In this document: one piece after another, positions 39,794-47,501 of the stretch
Layout of the letters: each line of letters opens with the position of its first letter
Numbering within the stretch: the first letter of the stretch is position 1
NCBI GenBank assembly: GCA_041391425.1
Contig: JAWKNZ010000002.1
Span: forward strand, 3,921-67,920
Origin: Bdellovibrionota bacterium
GTDB taxonomy: Bacteria > Bdellovibrionota_B > Oligoflexia > Oligoflexales > JAWKNZ01
Length of the DNA stretch: 64,000 bases
Direction: 5' to 3'
Program-made: the position numbers and the translations under genes
The notes under the pieces: generated by a model
What the model saw: only the letters and a program-made list of their open reading frames with translations
Databases searched by the model: none
Told to the model about the DNA's origin: nothing

Positions 39794-39882
39794 AAATTGA
39801 GCTCCATACTATATAACGGGAAAAATATCGGCATAATTATGAAAATTATTTAAAGATACAAATGGCTTTAAAAAATAGGAGA

Positions 39883-41163
39883 TTATCTTTTGCATAAATA
39901 AACAAAGTCTCCTCCAGCACCTTTATTCAAGTCAAAGTCGATCCATTCATATCCTTCTGGACAACTGTTTCCAGGATCGTTTTGATTATATACATGTATA
40001 TTTCTAAGTGGTATTGTTATACCATCACCCACAAATTCTCTTTTTTTGCATAGGTATATGTAAAAGCCTCCAGACCCCTTGTTTAAATCGAGTGGTTCCT
40101 TTATATAATCAGTTGGGCAGGAAATTAAGCTATTATCTCCACCAATAATTGTTACATCTGTAATCATTTGGACATGTTTTCCAGCCTGCTCACAAAAATA
40201 GATGTATTCACCTCCGGCTCCCGCATTCAAGTCTACGTCATGTTTGCGAAATCCATCTGGGCACGTGTCTATAACTGAAGTGGTATCGATGATACCTTCG
40301 GGCAATTGACTTGGCGCTAGCTCAGATATAACCACTCCGCATTTTGAATTGCTTTGTGTATAGTTATTAATGACTATAAATTCATAAGTGCCAAGTCTAT
40401 CAATACTACCTTTCCATTGGTTATAAGTGACTTGCGTTAGATTTACTCCTGCTTGCTCTAGGCCTTTATTTAAAGAAAAAATTGGAGCAATCTCGATTCC
40501 GTTACTATCCTGATTCCAAGAATCTATTGTGAGAATAATATTATCTGGAGTTCCAGTGACACTGCATGAGGGTTTTCGAACTAGATCTGCAAGCCATTTC
40601 TGATAACGAAGCTGTTTATCTTGAGCCTCCAAATAGTATTTAGGGGCAGTTGAATCTACTGCTGTTGAAATTATGCTTGCTGAAGCGACGCATGAACTAT
40701 ATTCTGCTGTTTCTACTATAGTTGTCACCAACGATTTAACTAGATTTCCAAAAAAATCAATATATTCATCTGCTATTGCTAATTTGTATTTTAAATACTT
40801 GTCACAAGACCTTGTAAGATTTCCAGTGAATGATTCATTACAAGATGTCCAAGACTCTCGTGCAAGTTCCAAAATATTATGCGTTCCAGACCTGTATTCG
40901 TAGTAGCATTTATCGTGAGCATTGCAAACGGGTACAAATTGAGGAAAGGTCTTAGCTTCATTTGGAACGACACTACACCCGTTTGGTTTTTGTGCCCAAG
41001 GGTAATCAAGTGCTATTAGATCTCCGAATTGATCTGTTCTTGTTTTAAATTCTTCTGGTCTTATGGCTTCAGGAGGGAAGAATAAGGGTTTTAGTGGTAC
41101 CTTTCGAGGATCAAATGCTGGCCATTTCGGCTCTGCAAAACCATAGGCATACTTGAAAGCTAC
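39883..41163 (-). pseudogene. 5'-truncated toxin-like protein: prokaryotic group-XIV-type phospholipase A2-like domain + triple beta-prism (MABP-like) repeat
   Basis: The frame stays open upstream of the track start (TTG 40872) up to IS-derived sequence, with no ATG. GCSVVPNEAKTFPQFVPVCNAHDKCYYEY parallels the Streptomyces-type PLA2 motif DLCS.aPd.pfgFpF..aC.rHDfgYrNY. The C-terminus has 3 repeats CP(D/T/E)G(F/Y)...DLN(A/K)G(A/S)GG.(Y/F)(I/V)Y(F/L)C (nt 39889-40263). Confidence 0.6.
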
Positions 41164-41218
41164 TAGAGTTGGTGGTTTGATTACAGAATTTTCGTTGGCA
41201 GCTTAATTTGATAGGACA
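41148..41218 (+). mobile_element. Orphan right-end fragment of the same IS family as 7751-8805
   Basis: actagagttggtggtttgatTacagaattttcgttggcAgcttaatttgAtaggaca is near-identical (3 mismatches) to the reverse complement of 7751-7807. It encodes ...ATRVGGLITEFSLAA*, the transposase C-terminus. Confidence 0.75.
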
Positions 41219-42587
41219 GTGTATTAATGCTGCAATTGTTACAGAACTATCTCGGATCAGCCGTGATGTTAAGGACTTTTGCAACTTTTGGGATTTTTTG
41301 AAACAATACGATGCTACATTTATTAGTTTAAAAGAAAATTTTGATACAATGACTCCAATCGGTGAGATGATGGTTATTCAAGCCATCAGTTTTGCTCAAT
41401 TTGAAAGAAAAACAATTGTCAACAGAATTAAGGATGGTGCACGCGCTAGAGCGGAGCGCGGTTTGTGTAATGGCGGACCAAAAACATTAGGATTAGACCA
41501 TCATAAGCATAAGAAAGGTTATCTTGTTATCAATGAAAAAGAGGCTGCGGTAGTTCGCCATATAGCTGCAAAATTTTTAGAGCTAAACAGTTTATCAAAA
41601 CTTAGAGATTACTTAAATGAAAATGGCTATCGTACAAAAAGCTATACGACAAATATGGGTAAAAAAGTTGGTGGTTCCTTATGGAACCGCCAGTCTCTTC
41701 TAAATATATTAACCAATGTTAAGCTTATTGGAAAAGTCAAAGTAAATACAGCTAACAAAAACAGTGTTCAAGATCAACTTCCTCCTGAGCAAAAGTATAA
41801 ATTAGTCGATGCAGTTTGGCCTAGTATTCTTGATAAGGATATTTTTGATCAAATTCAGATACGTTTGAGATCAAATAAAAAACTACAACGAAAGCATACG
41901 CACGTTTACCGTCTTTCCGGATTAATTGAATGTGGTATCTGCGGACGTGACCTTGCTGGCGCTTCAGCAAATGGTTCTGGAGGAAAATACTACTATTATA
42001 ATCATACTCGCGCTTTTAGCGCTAAAGGTAAACATAAAGAACGTTGCCCATTAGAACGGCTACCAGCTCTTCGCTTAGAAGAGGCAATTATTGATAGAGT
42101 TATGATGTTAGCTAAAGACAAGCGGATTTTGGCTCAGCTAATTGAAAATGCACGTTCTACCTCTAAGGAAATAACCAAAGATATTGAAACTATGATTGCT
42201 TCTAAGCTTCAAGAAGCTGGAAAATTCCGCCGTATGATTGACAATTTAGTAAGCACATTGGCGGACCTACCCAATGGAGTCAAACCGAAAACAGTCTTAT
42301 CACGGATTGCCAAATTAGAAAAAGATCTAGCCGAGATCCGAATTTAATATCCAAGACCTCACCTTAACCTGATGAGTATGATATCTTTTAGAGGTTTTTC
42401 TAATTTCACCCAGACTGTCAATAGGAAATTTTCCTCGTATCCCGTACAGGAACAGAGGGATATTTTAAGAGAAATTATCAAAAAGATAATTGTAAACCAG
42501 GAAAATATTAAAATAATTTATTATGATAGTCCGAGGGAAGTAATTCTAGCTAACTCATTGAAACCATTTAATAATCATTTCAAATAG
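41219..42587 (+). pseudogene. Large serine recombinase lacking the catalytic N-terminus and frameshifted near its 3' end
   Basis: It begins mid-resolvase domain (..VTELSRISRD...AQFERKTIVNRIKDG), so there is no N-terminal catalytic Ser motif. Recombinase domain and zinc ribbon (CGICGRDL...YYYYNH) are present. The tail (..REIIKKIIVNQENIKIIY) continues in another frame at 42372-42587. Confidence 0.75.
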
Positions 42588-42620
42588 TTAAATTAAATTT
42601 CAAAAAGTCTGCTAGAATCA

Positions 42621-42842
42621 TTGCCCGAAAAATGGTGGACACAACTACCACTAATTCGAACTATAGCTGAAATTGATTTGGAATTTCCAGTGTTTGTCAG
42701 CGACCCCTTCCAATATCAAGTATTTGCAGAGAAAATTCAGAAGCTACATTTGCTAGGTATGAAGGTTAGTGAGATAGCGAGGTCACTTGGGCTTGAGCCG
42801 AAGACGGTAAAGCGCGGGTTGAAGTGGTTAGAACTGATTTAA
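42621..42842 (+). CDS. Small HTH protein
   Basis: MKVSEIARSLGLEPKTVKRGLKWLE is HTH-like. TTG start; 73 aa. Confidence 0.4.
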   Translation: MPEKWWTQLPLIRTIAEIDLEFPVFVSDPFQYQVFAEKIQKLHLLGMKVSEIARSLGLEPKTVKRGLKWLELI

Positions 42843-42878
42843 ATCTTATATTGTAAGCTCTGACCTTGGGTGTAACGG

Positions 42879-43349
42879 TCAAATTGTCTTTGTCATTTCC
42901 ACGCAAGGGACTCGTGTGCCGTCCCTGAATGTCAGAGTCTTTTTCTTAACTTTTTGGTATCCGTTGCGTAGATAGAAATTGAGAGCATTTAGACTAGACT
43001 CCAAAGTAATTTTTCGGATGCCTTTTTTTCGCATGTCACTTTCTAATCGCTGTAGCAACTTTTCCCCGATTCCCTTTCCGATCCAACTTGGATGCAGATA
43101 CAATAGCCAAATGCGATTTTTTACTGAAGCAGCCACTCCACAAATTACCCCGTCGACAATTGCAATCACATTGTTAACTTCTGGATTTTTTATCGCTCTT
43201 CTGACGCCTGCAGCAGATGTACCGCCAGACCACGCGTCAATAATTTTTTGAGAATACGAGTTACTGCATACACCTCGAATGGAACGTCGATGGACATGTG
43301 CTATCCGCCTACTGTCCTCTAACCTTGATTTTCTGATTTTGACTTTCAA
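42879..43349 (-). CDS. GNAT family N-acetyltransferase
   Basis: Motif A GKGIGEKLLQRLE. 156 aa. Confidence 0.8.
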   Translation of the reverse strand: MKVKIRKSRLEDSRRIAHVHRRSIRGVCSNSYSQKIIDAWSGGTSAAGVRRAIKNPEVNNVIAIVDGVICGVAASVKNRIWLLYLHPSWIGKGIGEKLLQRLESDMRKKGIRKITLESSLNALNFYLRNGYQKVKKKTLTFRDGTRVPCVEMTKTI

Positions 43350-43410
43350 TACTGTATTCTTCCAAGTAATCTTAGTTATTTTAGATGGTTATTGACTGAC
43401 AACTATTTTT

Positions 43411-43427
43411 AATAGACAATGGCTATT
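43411..43427. promoter_or_regulatory. Palindromic operator candidate, copy 1 (aatagacaATGgctatt)
   Basis: Part of a 24-nt motif t(t/c)taatagacaatg(g/t)ctattat that also occurs at 43992-44015. It overlaps the annotated ATG of the MerR-like gene. Confidence 0.5.
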
Positions 43428-43952
43428 ATGGACGAGAATGTACTAACACTCAAGCAGATTCAAAAGAAGCTCCAGACGAAGCAGCATGTGCTGATCCACC
43501 TCTGCGAGAAGGGGGTCATTGAACCTGATTTTCAAGAGACTCAAGGTCGGGGCATTCATCGTGAGTTTTCTCAACGCAACCTGCTAGAGTTTGCTGTTGC
43601 TCTAACAATCCGCAAATACGGAATCCCGGTCGCTACTACCGCTGCTATTGTGCGCCTCCTTAAGTCTTTTGAGCGCTCCACACAGCGGCGTATCAAGGGA
43701 TTTAGCCTTATTGAGTACCTGCAGAAAAGGAGAACAAATCCTAATATCCTACTCTTTCTTTACGACGGCGAGTACATGGTCTTCGGAATCGAAAAAGATC
43801 AGAAGTTTCTCTCGGTCACCGGATTCAACATCTCCAAGTTAATCTCTGAGCCCGAAAGACAAGTGAAACTGGATCATCTCGACGATTTTCCCACATCATT
43901 TGACTCCTACCTGCGGATCGACCTTCAACGGATCGCTCAAAAAATATCATAA
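43419..43952 (+). CDS. MerR-like HTH protein (possible element regulator or excision factor)
   Basis: LTLKQIQKKLQTKQHVLIHLCEKGVIEPDFQETQGRGIHREFSQRNLLEFAVALTIRKYGIPV follows the MerR HTH-wing pattern (...tlryye..Gli.P....gyR.ys..dl..l..i). Confidence 0.55.
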   Translation: MAIMDENVLTLKQIQKKLQTKQHVLIHLCEKGVIEPDFQETQGRGIHREFSQRNLLEFAVALTIRKYGIPVATTAAIVRLLKSFERSTQRRIKGFSLIEYLQKRRTNPNILLFLYDGEYMVFGIEKDQKFLSVTGFNISKLISEPERQVKLDHLDDFPTSFDSYLRIDLQRIAQKIS

Positions 43953-43994
43953 TCTCATTCCATCAATCAACCTATGAATTTACATTGATTTTCT

Positions 43995-44011
43995 AATAGA
44001 CAATGTCTATT
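43995..44011. promoter_or_regulatory. Palindromic operator candidate, copy 2 (aatagaca-a-tgtctatt, perfect)
   Basis: Perfect 8-nt arms. Located 9 nt upstream of the small ORF that leads into the serine recombinase gene. Confidence 0.5.
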
Positions 44012-44019
44012 ATTAAGTT

Positions 44020-44193
44020 ATGACGAAGTCTTCAAAGAAAAGCAAAGAACCTAACCAGAAGCCTTTATCTCAGGAGGCTTTGAAGCTGATCGGCCATATT
44101 GCTGACATTTTGGCGGAGGAGTTTGTCAAAGCCATCAAGAAGCAAGATGTCGAGAAAAAGGAGGATGGCGATGAGAGCGGCAATATACGCTAG
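44020..44193 (+). CDS. Small Lys-rich ORF (57 aa) overlapping the recombinase start
   Basis: ATG 44020 to TAG 44191-44193. Below the size cut-off of the ORF track. It follows operator copy 2. Coding status is uncertain. Confidence 0.3.
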   Translation: MTKSSKKSKEPNQKPLSQEALKLIGHIADILAEEFVKAIKKQDVEKKEDGDESGNIR

Positions 44194-45979
44194 GTTTTCT
44201 AGCGACAACCAACGAGAACAAAGCATCGACGATCAGATTCGTGTTTGCAAAGATTTCGCCTCTAAAAATGAACTCAGCGTCATAGAAAAGCATATCTATT
44301 TTGATGAAGCTAAATCAGGGTCTATTCATAGCCGTCCTGGCTTGGAAGCTCTAAAGAAGGCAGCTGAGGAAAAGCAGATTGAAGCTGTTTTAGTCGATGA
44401 TTCTTCACGTTTGTCCCGCGATAACCAGCACTTCAATACTTTGCTGTGCCTCTTCCAATTCTGGGGCGTCAATCTGATCTCAGTGAGCGATGGCCTGGAC
44501 ATGCGTGAAGAGCATTCAAAAGTCGCCTATCAATTTCGCGGTATCATGAACGAGCTTTATTTAAGTGATTTAAAGAAGAAAACCCATCGTGGGCAGATGG
44601 GCCAGGTTTTACGCGGCTACTGCATGGGTGGTGCGAGCTATGGCTATAAATCGGTACCTGATGGCGACCCTAAATATGATAAGAAGGGACGACTACGAGC
44701 CAATGGTTTTAAGCGTGTCATCGTGCCGGAAGAAGTGCGGATCATTCAGCGAATCTTCAAAGACTTCACTGATAGTAAGTCCGTTTGTAAGATAGCCAAA
44801 GAGCTCAACGACGAAAATATCCCAACCAAAAATCGCCTCAAAGGCGGCTGGAATGTCTCAACTATTTCACGTATTCTCAAGGATGAGAAATACATCGGCA
44901 AATATTCTTGGAACAAAACAAAATCAGTAAAAGACCCTCTAACCGGCAAGACTAAACAAGTACCACGCCCCAAAGAAGAGTGGGTTATCAGAGATCAGCC
45001 CGACATGCGCATCATTACCGATAACGTTTGGGAAAAGACACAAAAGCGCTGGCAGGAAATCGACAACACCTATCCAACCATGAAGGGCAAAAAGGGCTTT
45101 AAGAGTCAGCAAAAAAGCTACGTATCCACTCACCCGCCACACTTATTATCTGGTGGCTTAAAATGCGGTGAATGTGGCGGTAGCATCTCGCTTGTCAGTG
45201 GCAAAGGCAGTGGATACTACGGTTGCTTGAACGCATCTCGTAGGTCTTGCAAAAACAAAATGCTGATAGCTCGCAAACGTCTCGAAGACAACTTCACCAA
45301 GGCTATTTATGACAAGGTATTTAAAACGGACACACTCGATATTCTCTTTCAAAAAACATCCGAGAAGATCAAAGAACAGTTTGCCCACATCCCTGAAGAA
45401 CTTCGACTCATAAAACTAGAACTCAATAGAGTCGAAACCCGTATCCATAACTTCGTCGAATTTATCGCCGAGGGCCGCGCCACCGGCTCCATCACCGATG
45501 CCCTCGAACAGGAAGAAAAAAAAGCCAAGCTCCTCAAGCTCGATGTCCAAAGTCTAGAATCTGCCAAAGAACAGGCCTTTGAGCCACCACCCAAAGAATG
45601 GGTCGAACATCGCATCGGCGACCTCAAATCCCTGCTCGAAGAGCGTACCGAACAATCCGCACTTGCTCTCCGACGCCTCACCGGCCCCATCACGCTGACA
45701 CCAAAGAAGCCCGACGTGGGCCGCGACTACTACCACGTCCGCTGCCGCTTCAAATCTTTTGCTCTGCTGGAGAAAAATGGCCTGGGAAAATCGCAAACCG
45801 TAAGCAATAAAAAACCGGAGCCTTTTCAGGACTCCGGTTCGAATTCATTGACGTGGTGGAGATGGCGGGAGTTGAACCCGCGTCCAAATATGGGGTTGAA
45901 GAGGCGCTACATGCTTAGTCTCGATTTTTATCCTCTTGTACTAAACGCCTACGGACTGGCTTTTAATACCGCAGCCTGA
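44165..45979 (+). CDS. Large serine recombinase (integrase), apparently intact
   Basis: Likely start ATG 44165/44171 (MAMRAAIYARFSSDNQ, the catalytic-Ser motif). Resolvase domain, recombinase domain, zinc ribbon (LKCGECGGSI...YYGC) and coiled coil are present. The ORF has no stop until 45977-45979, inside the antisense of ssrA. Confidence 0.85.
   Translation: MAMRAAIYARFSSDNQREQSIDDQIRVCKDFASKNELSVIEKHIYFDEAKSGSIHSRPGLEALKKAAEEKQIEAVLVDDSSRLSRDNQHFNTLLCLFQFWGVNLISVSDGLDMREEHSKVAYQFRGIMNELYLSDLKKKTHRGQMGQVLRGYCMGGASYGYKSVPDGDPKYDKKGRLRANGFKRVIVPEEVRIIQRIFKDFTDSKSVCKIAKELNDENIPTKNRLKGGWNVSTISRILKDEKYIGKYSWNKTKSVKDPLTGKTKQVPRPKEEWVIRDQPDMRIITDNVWEKTQKRWQEIDNTYPTMKGKKGFKSQQKSYVSTHPPHLLSGGLKCGECGGSISLVSGKGSGYYGCLNASRRSCKNKMLIARKRLEDNFTKAIYDKVFKTDTLDILFQKTSEKIKEQFAHIPEELRLIKLELNRVETRIHNFVEFIAEGRATGSITDALEQEEKKAKLLKLDVQSLESAKEQAFEPPPKEWVEHRIGDLKSLLEERTEQSALALRRLTGPITLTPKKPDVGRDYYHVRCRFKSFALLEKNGLGKSQTVSNKKPEPFQDSGSNSLTWWRWRELNPRPNMGLKRRYMLSLDFYPLVLNAYGLAFNTAA
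45805..45839 (-). terminator. Rho-independent terminator of ssrA
   Basis: On the minus strand, 15 nt after the tmRNA CCA end: aaccggagtcc-tgaaaa-ggctccggtt followed by TTTTTTATT. Confidence 0.7.
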
Positions 45980-46210
45980 TTGATCTTGCTGTAAACACTA
46001 CAGGCGGAAGCATTTACAACAAAGTCAGCTAGATGACGGATTGCAAGGAGCGCTGACTGATCCAAGTTCTCCGGCTACCTTTTAATTAGGCAGCAAGTGC
46101 GTAATCGTTGCCGATTAAACAGTGAGGCGCATTTAATAACCGGGTCACGCAACCACCCCGAACATGCTCCAAGTCAAACCTGCCATACCTGTCGAAGCCG
46201 TGACATCCCC
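45854..46210 (-). ncRNA. ssrA: tmRNA (transfer-messenger RNA)
   Basis: Minus-strand 5' end GGGGATGTCACGGCTTCGACAGG and 3' end GGACGCGGGTTCAACTCCCGCCATCTCCACCA are the canonical tRNA-like halves. Internal tag ORF GGC AAC GAT TAC GCA CTT GCT GCC TAA (46086-46112) encodes GNDYALAA*. 357 nt. Confidence 0.93.
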
Positions 46211-46427
46211 AGTTGGCAATCCTGTTAAGGTTGAAGGGTCTGAAAGTAAATTCTAACCAAAAATGCTTCCAAACCTGCGCTATAGTATACCATAGTATTT
46301 GCTAGTTGTACGCTAGAAGTTTTTTTAGCCCCTTGTTTTTTTACCTTCTTGTTATACTTTGGATCTGGCTTATAATAGAAAACTGATTTAGTGGCAGAGG
46401 GCAGATGATTTGTTTATTTTTTAAGCT

Positions 46428-47498
46428 ATGGGATTTCTAACCCTAGAGAAGTCATCTGACTGGATTGTAAGATTTATAATTATAGTTAATTTTAATGAAA
46501 TTAAGAAACCAGTAAAAATGACTAATACTCAAACACCTAAAGATGGTGAAATACGTAACCTAGTATACCCATGCCCTGTAGATCATAACGGCTTTACTAT
46601 CAATATTATTGGTTGGAAAGTTGAAGGTAGTGTTAAGCCTCCACTTATATTTGCCCATGACATTGGTGAATCGATCGAAAGATATACTGCCTTAGCTATG
46701 AAGTTAGCAGAGGCGGGTTATAGCGTTTATGCATTTGATATGAGAGGCCATGGCCATAGTGGCAAGAAAATTGAAGATATTTCAAGCTTTAGCTTACTGG
46801 TTAATGATTTATTGCAGGTGGTGGCGTTTGTTAAGTTTAAAGAAGAAAGTCGCAGGCCGATTATTATTGCAAGAGGTATGGGGGCTTTAATTGCGCTGAC
46901 ATTTACCAAGATGCATAAAAAGTTTGTGTCAGGTGTAGTCTTTGCATCTCCGATGTTTAACCTTAATTACAATTTGACGCCACTGCGGCGGTTCTTAATA
47001 AGAACGGTGGCTGACGTTTTACCGTCGATTAGCTTGCCTCGGTGGCTAAGCCCAGCATTTACAAATGCCAGCCAAGAAACCTATGTAATGGACCCGAATA
47101 AAATCCATCCAAAGATGAGCAGTCATTTTACCTTTGAGCTTTTAAACTATGTTGGACAATCACGCAAATTGTTGCGTAGGCTTAATCTGCCAACACTACT
47201 GATTTGCCCTGAGAATGATCCAGCTTTACGCTATGAATTTCTTAAGCCGTTAGTACAGAGGCATAGCCACTCAGATAAGTTCACATTAAAATTTGTAAAG
47301 GGTGAAGATAATTTACCCCTTGAGCATGGTGGCAATACATTAAAGTATCTCTCCTCTACAATTATTAGCTGGCTTGGAGAAGTAGCGGATAGGCAAAAAG
47401 CCAGATCTCAAGGCTTGATAGAAATCGCTAAAGAGAAAAAGGGGCCGACTATTGTAAGTGAAGCAACTACGGATATTAAACCGCTTCAAGAAGGATAA
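46428..47498 (+). CDS. Alpha/beta-hydrolase-fold (lysophospholipase/monoglyceride-lipase-like) protein lacking the nucleophile serine
   Basis: HDIGESIERYTALAMKLAEAGYSVYAFDMRGHGHSG is the Hydrolase_4 pattern. The elbow reads IIIARGMGALIAL where GHSMGG is expected. The likely true start is MTNTQ at 46518. Confidence 0.7.
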   Translation: MGFLTLEKSSDWIVRFIIIVNFNEIKKPVKMTNTQTPKDGEIRNLVYPCPVDHNGFTINIIGWKVEGSVKPPLIFAHDIGESIERYTALAMKLAEAGYSVYAFDMRGHGHSGKKIEDISSFSLLVNDLLQVVAFVKFKEESRRPIIIARGMGALIALTFTKMHKKFVSGVVFASPMFNLNYNLTPLRRFLIRTVADVLPSISLPRWLSPAFTNASQETYVMDPNKIHPKMSSHFTFELLNYVGQSRKLLRRLNLPTLLICPENDPALRYEFLKPLVQRHSHSDKFTLKFVKGEDNLPLEHGGNTLKYLSSTIISWLGEVADRQKARSQGLIEIAKEKKGPTIVSEATTDIKPLQEG

Positions 47499-47501
47499 CT
47501 A

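Noticed and set aside
44589-45810. Multiple overlapping ORFs on both strands within the serine recombinase gene (e.g. 45349..45693, 45554..45796, 45598..45810)
   Set aside because: They are typical stop-poor artefacts of a GC-richer segment. Only the recombinase frame carries recognisable domains.
45832-45846. ccggttcgaattc looked like a tRNA T-arm (GGTTCGAAT)
   Set aside because: It is the descending arm of the ssrA terminator hairpin, and no acceptor or anticodon arms can be built around it.
41000-45853. A direct repeat of the ssrA 3' end marking the distal island boundary, as in tyrosine-integrase islands
   Set aside because: I found no second copy of tggtggagatggcgggagttgaaccc or a recognisable part of it in the window. 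Serine recombinases need only a 2-bp crossover, so none is expected. The element's left boundary remains undefined.
46211-46330. Calling the ssrA promoter (TTGGAA ... TAGAAT upstream of the tmRNA 5' end)
   Set aside because: The spacing between the candidate -35 and -10 hexamers is only ~11 nt. tmRNA is also processed from a precursor, so the transcription start cannot be placed from sequence alone.
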